Below, one piece after another: positions 24,387 to 35,284 of a DNA stretch of 64,000 nt. The notes beneath the pieces are model-generated. The model saw nothing but the letters and a program-made list of their open reading frames with translations, did no database searches and was not told the origin of the DNA. The stretch lies in NCBI GenBank assembly GCA_004431415.1, contig QPMI01000221.1:1-64000 (forward strand), read 5' to 3'. The stretch is from Cyanophora paradoxa CCMP329. Lineage: Eukaryota > Plantae > Glaucophyta. The stretch's first letter is position 1, and every line of letters starts with the position of its first letter. Both the position numbers and the translations under genes were made by a program.

Positions 24387-26000
24387 TCAGGCTATCTGCA
24401 GTCCTACAAAAGCCTTGCACCGCTGCAGTAGCCCTTTTGCCTGCTCTTCGTTCGCGAAGATGTCAGGACGCCCCGCGCGGGGCGCGCGGAACCACTCTGT
24501 GGACGTGACCACAAATGGTGCGCATGCTGTCGGATCGCGCAGGTGGTGGCCACTGCACACCACCCGACCCCAGCGCGCGCGGGGAGAACAGGACCTCCAG
24601 GACCCGGTCGACCCAACACTTCGCTTTGAATGTAGACCCGGCGGTCGTGCGCAGCCCGTTGTTACTTTTGCAAGCGTCTCGACTCGAGCGCCACCTAACA
24701 GCATATTGAGAGCAGAATCGCAAGATAAGTTGCTGTAAGAAACGCACCGAGCTCAAGAATTGCAATTGCTTCAAAGCATTGAGCTCGTCCAGGGTCCGAT
24801 CCCGGCAGTCAGGGGCGGGAGCTCGACGCTGGCGGCCGGCTCGTCGTCGTCGAAGAGGGCCGCCTGTGTAGGGCGGCCCAGCCCCTGGCGCCCTGTGAAC
24901 GAAGAAGCAAAGGAGAGAGCCGCTCAGGACTCGGAAAGTAAAGAAGCTCAGAGGAAAGACGCTCGCCTTGTCGGAGTCCCGCCCCTCCCCGCACCCGGAG
25001 TCGGGCTTGACGTTGTAGTTCTCGAGGAGGGGCGGACGGCGCCGGGGTACATGAGGACCGCCTGCCGCAGGAGGGCGGCGGCGAGGGCCGCGGCAGAGGG
25101 CGGGGCGGCGCCGGCGAGGCGGGTCCAGCGTGTGCGAGAAGAGGCGCCGGAGGACCTGCCGCGCTTCAGTCTTAGAGGAGATTCGGAGGGCGCAGGGCAC
25201 CAGCTCGTCGACGGGCGCGGCGCCGCCGTCCCGCGCCACGCGCATGAGCGCGTACGCTGCGAGCCCGGCTCGGCGCCAGGAAAAAGGGGGGAGAGGCTAA
25301 GTGGGGGTACCGAGGAGTTGAGGGCGATGGGAGGAAGAGGGGCGGCTCCCGCCTCGAGAGGGCGGCTCCCGCACGAACGAGGCGGAGCGCCCGGGAGCGC
25401 CGGCGCCGCCACCAGCTCCAGAAGGAACTTGTACTCCCTGAAGAAAAATGAGGTGGGGGGGGGGAAGTTGGGGGGGGGGGGAAGGTTATGGGTACCTGGC
25501 GCGGAGGGCGAAGTAGTCGATGCACTGGAGCACCCCCATCAGGTCACTGTCGGGTCCAGCGCAAGCAGCAGCTTGGCCGTCTCTGGAGGTACGACGTTCG
25601 GTTCGAATCCGAGTAGGGGGAAGCGGTCGAGGGGTACCGAGGGAGGTGCGGGAGCAGCCGCCGCGAATGAGCATCTGCAGGCGCCGGAAGACCAGGCCCT
25701 GGGGGTGGCGGGTGAGTCCGGAGGAGGGTACAGGTTATCCTCGGGGTACAACGGGTTCTCTGCGCACTTGTTCTCCATGACTGCGAAGTCGAGGCGGCAG
25801 GCGCCGCTCGCCGGCTTGAACTGCGGGTGCCTGCCGGGACGGAGCTCAAAACCAAGTGAACGAACTGCAGCGCAACGCATCCTCCGCCCCGCCGCGCCCG
25901 TGCCCGCGCCCCGCCCCGCACCAGGCTGCCTCGAGGCAGTAGAGGGCGCGGTCGAGGAGCTCGGTCGCCGCGTCCAGCTCGCCGCTGTACTTGTAGATCT
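24387..26000 (-). CDS. TCF25: TCF25/Rqc1 (ribosome quality control, DUF654) homolog, C-terminal portion; 5' exons not found
   Basis: Exons IYKYSGELDAATELLDRALYCLEAAW|HPQFKPASGACRLDFAVMENK|LVFRRLQMLIRGGCSRTSL|TAKLLLALDP.SDLMGVLQCIDYFALRAR|...LLRQAVLMYPG match the TCF25 core as recalled. Confidence 0.8.
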
Positions 26001-26057
26001 GAGGCCGGCCCGCCGGCTTCAGGCCCCGGGCCAGGCTTCGTGTGCTCGGGGGTTCGT

Positions 26058-27350
26058 GTGCTCGGGGAGGGCGGGCCCGGGGCCCGGGGCAGGGCCGGGG
26101 GAGGGCGGGCCAGGGGAGGGGCGGGCCCGGGGCCCGGGCGGGCCGGGGGAGGGGCGCGCCCGGGCCCGGGCGGGGCCGGGGGGAGAGGCGGGCTGGGGAG
26201 AGGGCGGGGCCGGGGGAGGGCGGGGCCGGGGGAGGCGGAAGGCGGGGGCGGGGCCCTCCGAAGAGGGGCTGGGAGAGGGAAGGAGGTCCACGTCCTCTCT
26301 TCCCCCCGAAGAGGGCACTCCGGGGGTAGGGAGGTCCGCCTCCTCTCTCCGGGGTCAGCATGCTGCGGGTGCTCGGGGAGGGCGGGCCCGGGCCCGGGCA
26401 GGGCCGGGGGAGGGCGGGGCCAGGGGAGGGGCGGGCCCGGGCCCGGGGCGGGGCCGGGGGAGGGCGCGCCCGGGGCCCGGGCGGGGCCGGGGGAGGGCGG
26501 GGCCGGGGGGAGAGGCGGGGCTGGGAGAGGGGCGGGGCCGGGGGAGGGCGGGGCCGGGGGAGGCGGAAGGCGGGGCGGGCCCTCCGAAGAGGGGCTGGGA
26601 GAGGGAAGGAGGTCCACGTCCTCTCTTCCCCCCGAAGAGGGCACTCCGGGGGTAGGAGGTCCGCCTCCTCTCTCCGGGGTCAGCATGCTGCGGGTGCTCG
26701 GGGAGGGCGGGCCCGGGGCCCGGGCAGGGCCGGGGGAGGGCGGGGCCAGGGGAGGGGCGGGCCCGGGGCCCGGGGCGGGCCGGGGGAGGGCGCGCCCGGG
26801 CCCGGGCGGGGCCGGGGGAGGGCGGGGCCGGGGGGAGAGGCGGGGCTGGGGAGAGGGCGGGCCGGGGGGAGGGCGGGCCGGGGGAGGCGGAAGGGCGGGG
26901 CGGGGCCTCCGAAGAGGGCTGGGAGAGGGGAAGGAGGTCCACGTCCTCTCTTCCCCCCGAAGAGGGCACTCCGGGGGTAGGGAGGTCCGCCTCCTCTCTC
27001 CGGGGGTCAGCATGCTGCGGGTGCTCGGGGAGGGCGGGCCCGGGGCCCGGGCAGGGCCGGGGAGGGGCGGGCCAGGGGAGGGCGGGCCCGGGCCCGGGGC
27101 GGGGCCGGGGGGAGGGGCGCGCCCGGGCCCGGGCGGGGCCGGGGGAGGGGCGGGGCCGGGGGAGAGGCGGGGCTGGGAGAGGGGCGGGCCGGGGGAGGGC
27201 GGGGCCGGGGGAGGCGGAAGGGCGGGGGCGGGCCCTCCGAAGAGGGCTGGGAGAGGGGAAGGAGGTCCACGTCCTCTCTTCCCCCCCGAAGAGGGCACTC
27301 CGGGGGGTAGGGAGGTCCGCCTCCTCTCTCCGGGGGTCAGCATGCTGCGG
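26058..27350. repeat. G-rich tandem repeat, 4 units of about 325-330 bp
   Basis: CAGCATGCTGCGG landmarks at 26356, 26681, 27008 and 27338. Confidence 0.9.
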
Positions 27351-28440
27351 AGACGGGCATAAGACACCGAAAACCAGCGATCGCTTGGCCAATGAGAAGG
27401 CTGTGGACGTCAAGCCCGCGGCGACCGTTAGAACTGAGAACACAGAAGCGATCGCCGGCCCAGCAGCTCTTTGTTAGAGATCGGATCCGCTGGGTATGGC
27501 GCCGAACACAAAGCGATCGCCGAGCAATGAGAAGGCTCATAATTAAGCGCGCAACGCCGCGCATGAATCGAATTCGCGTCTTCATTCGAATATTTTCATT
27601 TGCATTCGTCTTCAAGGCCAACCGCCGGCGGTCCGCCGCTACCGGCGCGCGGCTATAGCTACCGCCGCGGCGCCGCCTACCGGTACCGCTCTCCGAGGCT
27701 CCTGCGACACTCATGCTGCGAGCCTGCGCATGCGCGACTCGGCGAGTCTCCTTCTAAATCTTGCCGCACGGGCCGCGGCACGGTGCATGCGCAATTGCAA
27801 GCTTAAGTTCGTTGCTTCAAGGCTTCAAATCGAGTCTAGATCTTGCGCACTGGCATATGCATGCGCATCAGTGCGATCCAGTGGCATCACTGGCATGGCC
27901 GCCGGGCGCACCGTCATGTGCACGCCGCTGCAAGGCGTCGCGCAACCGTCGCCAACCGATCGCGATTCGCGACTCAGGGCCGAGCTCGAGGAAGTCTGCG
28001 AGCTTAAGACTGCGTCTTGTGATTTCGCTTGAACTGTAAAACGTGCCGGCGCCGGCGATCGATATTCAATGATTATCAATTTAAGCCTCAGAATCGAAAT
28101 AGCAGCGACAAGCTTGACTTTGAAGGGATAGCCAATGCTGATCCGATGAAGCAATTGCAAGGAGATAAAAAAAACGAAAAACGAAATGGAGCCAAAGTTT
28201 TCTAATTACAATCGAACCTGTTCTTTCGAATCAAATGATTTATGATGATTTGCCAATATACCAAATACGCGGGGATTGTTGGAAGTTTCAAGGATGATAA
28301 TGTACCGCGAGAGGGCACGAGCGGATTAGAGGAGCCGCCTGAACATGCAGAAGGGCGGACTGGCTGATCTGGACGGCGCAGTCTCGAGGCCGAGAAGCGG
28401 GCAGGGGGAATGGGGGATCAAGGCCAGCGCGGCCGCGGGC

Positions 28441-31400
28441 TCATGCGTCGAAATCCGTGCGCGCCATCGGCGGCGGAGGCGGCCAGCTGCTGTACCCATC
28501 CGGCGGGGAGAAGCGGGGGGACGGGGGCGAGGGGTAGCCGGGGCCCGGTGCGGGGGCGGGGGCCGGCAGGGCGGGCGGGGAGACGGGGGGCGAGGCGGAG
28601 GGGTCCCACTGAGGGGCCGGGGCGGCGAGGCCGAGGGAGCTGGGGTGCCGCAGGAGGACGACGGGCCCCGAGTACCCCGCCCCGAAGTCCGGGCGGCCCT
28701 GGGGCGGCGGCGGCGGCGGCGGCGGCGGCTCGGCCTGGGGCGGGGGGAGCATAGCGGAGATGGGCGGGAGCACGCCGTAGCCGCCGCCGCCCTCCCGGGG
28801 GGAGGCGAGGGGCGTCCCCGGGCCGGGTACGGGGAATAAGGCGTCCTGGGTTGTACTGGTCGGGGCGGACGGCGGAGGTCGGGGGCGGGCGGGGGGCGGG
28901 GCTGGGGGGCCCTGCGGGGCCCCCTGGCGTGGGGCGGGCCTCGAAGGCGCCGGCCTGGGCGGTGGCGAGGGCGAGGGCGCCCGGGTCCGAGGGCGGCAGG
29001 CCGCACGCGTGCTCCAGCGCCGACCGCACCCGCGCATCCAGCTCCGGCAGCCCCGGCAGCCGCGCCTGCCCCCGCGTCACCAGGCAGGGGGGGGGGGGGG
29101 GGGGGGGGGAGGCGAGGGCCCGGGGGAAGGAGGGCCCTGGACTCGAGAGAGGAGGGACTGGGGACCCGGAAGGCCCCCCCGGCTTCTATCCCCCGTGCTT
29201 CTAGCGGGGCACGCCACCCCAGTCTAAAATTTGGGCTGCAGCCGCTCCGAGCTGCCTCTGGGGCTCCCGCTCGGTTCGGGGGCGGACCTGGCCGAGCTCG
29301 CGGACGAGGAAGTAGTTGACGGAGGAGGCCGACTCCCGGTGGAACTCCGGCCACTGCTCCTGTGCCCGCCCGCCCCGCCGTGTCGGCGTCGGCCCCCCGC
29401 GGTAGGAAGGAAACGAGAGAGGGCACGCGGCCGGCGCACCGCGAGCGCGCCGCGGCCCGGCGGGGCCAGCATCGCCAGGGACCACCTGCCGCCGCGCGCC
29501 GTCGGCGGGGGTACAGGCTCCCGCCGAGCGGGGGGGTACCGCAGCAGGATGGCGGTGACGTCCCTGGCGTCGGAGCGGCAGGCGACGCGGTAGAGGCCGT
29601 CGTACCTGGAGCGCGCCCCTGCCCCGTCGGCGCGGGCCGGCGATGGGTACGCGCGCACGCGCGCCGGCGCGCGCACCGGGCGGTGACGCGGGAGGGGGAG
29701 GGGGAGGAGGGGCCGGCGCGGGGAGAGGCCCCGTAGGCCCCCGACTCGTCTGCATCGTAGTCTGCGAGAGAGAGAGGGGGGGATCTTCGGCGGGGGTACA
29801 GGCGAGGGCGGGGAGGGGAAGGGCACCGTCGCAGTCGAGGGAGAAGCGGGCGGGCGGGGCGGGGCCGCGGGCCGAGCCCGGCGAGTCGGCCGCCCAGCCG
29901 CTGGGGCCGCCCCCGCCGCCGCAGCTGCTGACCGTCGTGTTGGAGGGGCATCCGTTCCCGCTGCCGGGGGTGCGTGCTCGAGGGGTACAGGGCCGCGTAG
30001 GGCCGGGGGAGGGGCGAGCGCTACCTGCCGACCGAGTCGCGGCGACCGCCGGGGTACCCCTGCGACAGGCACCAGGGTGAGAATCGACTCGGCGGGGGTA
30101 CCCGAAAGGAGGAGGGCCAACGCTCGCCTGGAAGAAAAAGGTGTTCGATGACTGGGGGGAGGGGGGGAATTCGGAGGGGGCCAGGTGCCGCATGTGTTCC
30201 ATTGTCGCAAGCTGGAGAGGGGGAAACAGAAGGGAGATCAGGGGCGGGGGATGTCTCGGAGAGGGGTACGGCACCTTGGAGCTGCGAAAGACTCGGACGG
30301 GCTTGCCGGAGGCCAGACTGGTGTCTAGGGCCGGCCCTCCCGATCTGCGCGTACCCCCGAGATCAGGAGAGGGGGGCGGGGGGGGGAGGGGGGGGGGGGG
30401 GGGCGGGCCTGTTGTTCGAGATGTAGAGGACGACGTCGTACCCGTCCACGTTGCGGGGGTGGAGAGCATGACGGAGGCGGCGCCCTCCTGGCGGCTCCCG
30501 GACACGTGCGGCGGGAGCTGGCGCCGGGCACGCGTCAAGATCTGGACGGGGGGGGGGGGGGGGTGGAGGAGGAGTGGGCGCGGGGCGGACGCCGCGGGGA
30601 GGACCCGAAGTGGTCGTGGAAGCCGCGGGCGCGGACCTCAGCGACAGGGAGAACCTGCGGCCCCGCCCCGGCCTCGGTCCGAGGGGCCGGCAGGCCTGCG
30701 CGGCCGGGGGCGGGGCCGGGGCCGGGGCCGGGGCCGGGGCGGACCTCGTTGACGAAGCAGCCGGGGAGTGGGCCGAAGCGGGGCGAGCGCTCCGGGCGGA
30801 CCCACGCCTCCAGCTCCACGGCGCGCCCCACCTGCCCCCGCCCCCTCAGGCCCCCCCCCTCGTGGCCCCGGCTCCCCCGTGGCGCCCCGGGTACCTGGGG
30901 CGGCTTGGCCCCCTGCCCCCGCGCCTCCTCCATCGCGCGGCGGAGCGCCCACACTGCGCCCCGCGTCAGGAGGGAGGGCCGGGGTCCCGTGAGGGGCTCT
31001 GAGGCGCCACGGGCGGCGGGGCGCAGTAGACGAGCCCTTGGGTGCAGGAGCGGGCGGCCGGTGACGGGGCAGTCCAAGAGGTGAAGGAGGGGGGGCGGGG
31101 CGGGGCGGGGCGGGGCGGGGGCACCGTCGAGCTCGCGGAAGACGATGGCGACGCGGCGCTGCCCTCTCGCTCCTCGCCCCCGCCGTCGGCGACGGCACCC
31201 GCCGCTCGTGCCTGCCACCGCGCCGCGCCCCGCGTCACCGCCGGCACCGCGCCCTCCAGGCTCGGCCCGGAGGGGCCCGCGCACCGCTGCTGCGTCATGC
31301 CGGCCATGAGGACCGACGCGTTGCGCCCTGCGCGCGCGCGCGCGTTCGCCGCGTGAGGCGCCTCGAGGCGAGTGCGGGGGGCGGGGGCGGGGCGGACGGA

Positions 31401-34132
31401 GGAGGATGCGGGCGTCGGGGGCGGCGGAGCGGGGCCCGCCCTTCCTCCGGAACTCCATCCAGCGCCGCCCCGAGAGCGAGACCGAGAGGACCCTGCCCGG
31501 GCCGCCGCCCGCGTCGGGGGGGTGGAAGGATCGGGGGCAGGAGGGCCGGGCGGCCGGACCTGGCGTTCTGGGGGTCGGGAGCGAGCCGCGCGTCGTCGGC
31601 GTGCCAGGCCATCTGCCCGCCCCGCCGCCCGGCCACCGTCAGCCGGCGCACGGGGGCGCGCGGCAGCGCGGGGCACGCGCGCACGTGGTGCTTGCCGTCC
31701 ATGTACCCCACCACTGCGCCGAGAGCGAGGCGCCAGGGGGGCGGGGGCGACATCAGGGGGTCGGCGCCTTCGCTCGCGCCCTGGCGCGGGGGCGGGGCGC
31801 ACGGTCGACGAGGGTCGGGTCGATGCCGAAGAGGGACCTCGCTCGCCCCACGAGCGGCATCAGCGCCTCCCGCAGCTCCCCCCGCAGCGCCTGCGCCTGC
31901 GCGGAAGGGTCAGCCGCAGCGAGGGGGCGGGCCCGAGGGGGACAGGGGCGGGGGCGGGCGGGCCTGGACCCAGAGGCCGGCGGCGTAGGGGTAGGCGAGG
32001 CCTGCGGGGGCGAGTCGGGGGCGGAGCGGGGCGGGAGAGCAGGCGGGGGGAGGGGCGCGCCCTCGTGCTCGGGCGGACGAGGAAGAGGGCGTGGAGGCGC
32101 GGCTCGGGCTCCGGGATGCCGTGCGCCAGCTGCGCCCCCGCGGCGGCCCCGGGCGGGCGCGAGTCGGCGGCGGGGCGCGGGGCGGGCGCGGGGCGGGGAC
32201 GGGGCAGGCACCAGGTGGAACTGCTGGAGGTGGGTGATGGCCCGCTCGCCCGCGCGAGCTCCTGCGGCGAGTCAGCGTGCGGCGCCGGGCGGGGCGGGGC
32301 GGGGCGGGCGGACCTCGTCCGGGAAGGCGTTGTAGACGACGCGGGCCGGCGAGTAGGCGTCGAGGTGGACCGTCACCGACGTCGCCGCCGCCGGGCCCGG
32401 CCCTCCCCGCTGCCAGCCAGCGTCACGGCCCGGGCCACGGCGCGCGCCGGCGCTCGGCCGCGGGGGGGGGGGGGGGGGGGGGGGGAGGAAGCGCAAGGCT
32501 GCTCCTAGGGGCACGGATGGATGGGATGGCCGGCGGTGCGCCGAGCCGGAGGCGCGCTCGGCGGGGAGGAGGCGGGGCGGCTCGGGCGCACCGGCCCGCG
32601 GTGCCACCGTGTCGTCGACGGTGAGCACGCCGCCGAACTGCGCGCGCAGGCGCCCTCTTCGGCTCCACCAGACCGGCGGGCAACCCCGCGGGCGGCGCGG
32701 GCGGCGCGGGGCGGGCGGGGCGGCGCGGGGCGGCCGCACCGAGGCCCGCCTGAGGCAGTGCGCGAGGTAGGCGTCCTGCGTGGCCGCCCCGCGCCGCCCG
32801 CCGCTCAGGCCGCCGCGCTCCAGCGCTTGGGCGCAGGGCGCGGCGCGGGACGCACCCAGAGAGGCCCCGCCAGTCCGACTCGTCGGGCCGCTCCCCGGGG
32901 CGAAGCGCCAGGGCGGCGCTCTGCGCGCGGGGCACGCCGGGGCCGGCCGGTCAGGCCCCGCGCGCGCGCGCCCCGCGACGAATTGCGCCTCGCACCGCGC
33001 CCCGGGCGTCGTCGATGACGGCCACCAGAGCGGAGCCAGCCGCCTCCGCGTGCGGGCCGGCGGCCGGGCCGGGCGCGGCGGGGACGCCGCGGCCGTCCTC
33101 GTAGTAATGCCCGTTGGGACCTGCGTTCGCCGGGACGTATCCGCTTCGCCTGAGGACGGGCGAAGAAACTCGAGTCAGCAGGAGACTCGGGGAGGGAGAT
33201 TCGATGATCGCGACGACGGGGAGCACATGGGCTGCCTGAACTCGTCGCTGGGGCGGCCGCGGGGGTCCTCCTCGCCCCCCGGCGCGACCCCCCGGGCGCG
33301 CTTGGCGGGCGGGGGCGACTGGTTGTAGGGCGTCGGGCCGCCCCCGAGGGGCCGCACTTGCGCGTGCGGGCCCCCTGGCCCCTGCCCGTGGCCCGGCCCG
33401 TGCCCCGGGTCGAGCTCCAGCGGGGGCCGGGGCGGCCCGTGCCGCGGGTACCGCGACGACGCCTCCTGGAGGATCTGCGCGGGGGAGCGCGCGCTCGGGC
33501 CGCGACTGCCGCCGCTCGGCCGGTGGCGAGCGCGCACGTTTATGGTCCGCTGGACGCAGTAGGCGCAGGGGCACTCCCTGGTGGCGGGAGGCGGGCCCGG
33601 GGCGGAGTCAGCCGCGCGGCGCGTGCCGCTGCGTGGCCAGCGCGCGAGGGGGCGAGGGGGCGCGGACCCCGTGCAGACGGGGCAGGGCTGGCCCTCTCGG
33701 TAGCGGCTGGCGCAGACGGAGCAGAACTGGTGCGCGTGCTTGCGCGAGGAGCGGCAGCTGTGGAACTTCACGCCCCGCTCGTCCACCTGCCGCCCGCCCG
33801 CCCGTCAGACCGCGCCGCAGCGCTAGCCTCCCGCTGGCCATGCCGTCGCTCAGGACGAAGGCCGTGCAGGCGGACGCGTACTAAGCGTCCGAGAGCGAGC
33901 GGCGTAAGGGGTTCTGGGCGGCGCTTCTCGAGCCCACCTTCTTCTTTCGGCAGCGGTGGCAGCTGAACCAGTTGACGTCAGCCCTGGTCTCCTCGCGGTC
34001 GCCGCGGTCCTCTGCATCCGCCGGCGTCGCTCCCGCGAACGGAGGCGCACCAGCTCCGTACTCCTGGACGAGCCCGCCGCCTTGCCAGTCGTCACCTCCT
34101 CCTTCGGCCGCGGGCGCGTATGCGGGTCGCAT
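28441..34132 (-). CDS. Multi-exon protein: zf-4CXXC_R1 zinc finger + AlkB-like 2OG-Fe(II) dioxygenase + SRA(SAD/YDG) domain + Pro-rich tail
   Basis: Zn finger: SCHRCRKKK|YASAC...HSC...QFCSVCASRY...CPVCTG|ECPCAYC. AlkB: EPRLHALF, YPY, QMAWHADD (31595-31603), VLSVSLSGRRWMEFRRK, SVLMAGMTQQ, RVAIVFR. SRA: RFGPLPGCFVNE|..EVRARGFH, HVSGSRQEGAASVMLS, NVDGYDVVLY, LDTSLASGKPVRVFRSSK, RYDGLYRV, YFLVRELGQ. Confidence 0.8.
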
Positions 34133-34790
34133 GGCGCCGGCGCGCGAGACCCACACGCGAGATCCTGGCCCAGTGGATCTGCTGCGACACTGCGGCAGCA
34201 AAACTCATGACACATGGTCCTGGCGCAGTCGCACAGGGCAACTCTCACCTGGAGACGCGCTCAGATGCTGCAGCGAGTCCTGCAGCGAGTCCTGCACTCC
34301 CGCAGGGCGGCAGTCTTCTACTAGGCTATAAGGTCCAATATTAATGAGGCTGCGCGCCCACATGGACGTGAGACTCGGGATGAACGTCGAACATTGGGAA
34401 GGCGTCAAATATGCACGAACGAGCGCACTGCGGCACTGGAGGACGATGCGACGCGGCCCGCGGAGGGCCACGCGTCCGCTGCGCCGGCGCCGGCCCCGCG
34501 GGCGGTCCGCGGCCAAAGCTTGACTTTGCTTCGCGTCAGCGGCGTCACTGAGTCACTGAGTCAAGCGGCCTCAAGCCTCGACGCTGCCTCGTCCAACTTG
34601 GGAAGCTTCTTAATTCAAGGCTTGCAAACTTGAAAGCCTTGACTCAGTGAAGCACTATAGCTAGTACTGCTGCGGCGGCAGTGCGGCCAGCTGCCACGCG
34701 TACTACGGAGTCTACGGTACGCGTAGTCGTCGCGTACGACGTCGCCGAGTCGACCGGTTTAATACCGGTAGGTCCGGTACCGCAGATCGA

Positions 34791-34990
34791 TGTAGGACGG
34801 CTTTTTTAACTGTAGTTTTAAATTGCCGTAAATTGCCGAGAGGCCGAATTCGGCAATTTTATAATTGAGCATCGGCAATGTTGCTGGGGGTAGGGGGTTT
34901 CTTAGCCCGCCATAGAGCGAAAGTCTGATTCCGAGTGATTCGGCAATCATTGAATTTATCGCCACGGCAATTCCGGTTTTGGGCGAATTT
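34791..34990 (+). mobile_element. Partial CTGTAGG-TIR MITE copy lacking the Helentron insertion (empty-site paralog)
   Basis: Aligns by eye with the reverse complement of 39351-39522 and continues across the insertion point (GGCAATTCCGGTTTT). Confidence 0.75.
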
Positions 34991-35284
34991 ACTAAGGTAT
35001 ACCGTATATATATACGTCACGGTATAGATCATGTGCCGCAGATGATGTGCGCCAAAGTACGTTATATATACGTTACCCAAGCACGAAGTTACTTATAATA
35101 TATTAATTAAAATACCAGTACCCGGTGACCGTGGATGCGCAATTGCAAGCTTCAAAGGCTTCGAATTCATGCCATGATGATTATGAATCATGATGAAGCC
35201 TACCGTGCACGTAACACTATATTATGACGGTCAAATTTATGTCGATATAAAACCCGACCCTTCTCTACTAGGCTATGCGAAATA

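Noticed and set aside
24760-27443. Long Gly/Pro/Arg ORFs (631, 607, 440 aa)
   Set aside because: Stop-free frames produced by the GC-rich tandem repeat and the antisense of TCF25.
30930-31125. Apparent U-box (HLLDCPVTGRPLLHP...LTGP...ALRRAMEE) between AlkB and SRA
   Set aside because: Most of it lies in intron-like sequence (GTGCCC...CCAAG, and a second intron with a CTGAC branch point and GCAG acceptor); core U-box residues are missing.
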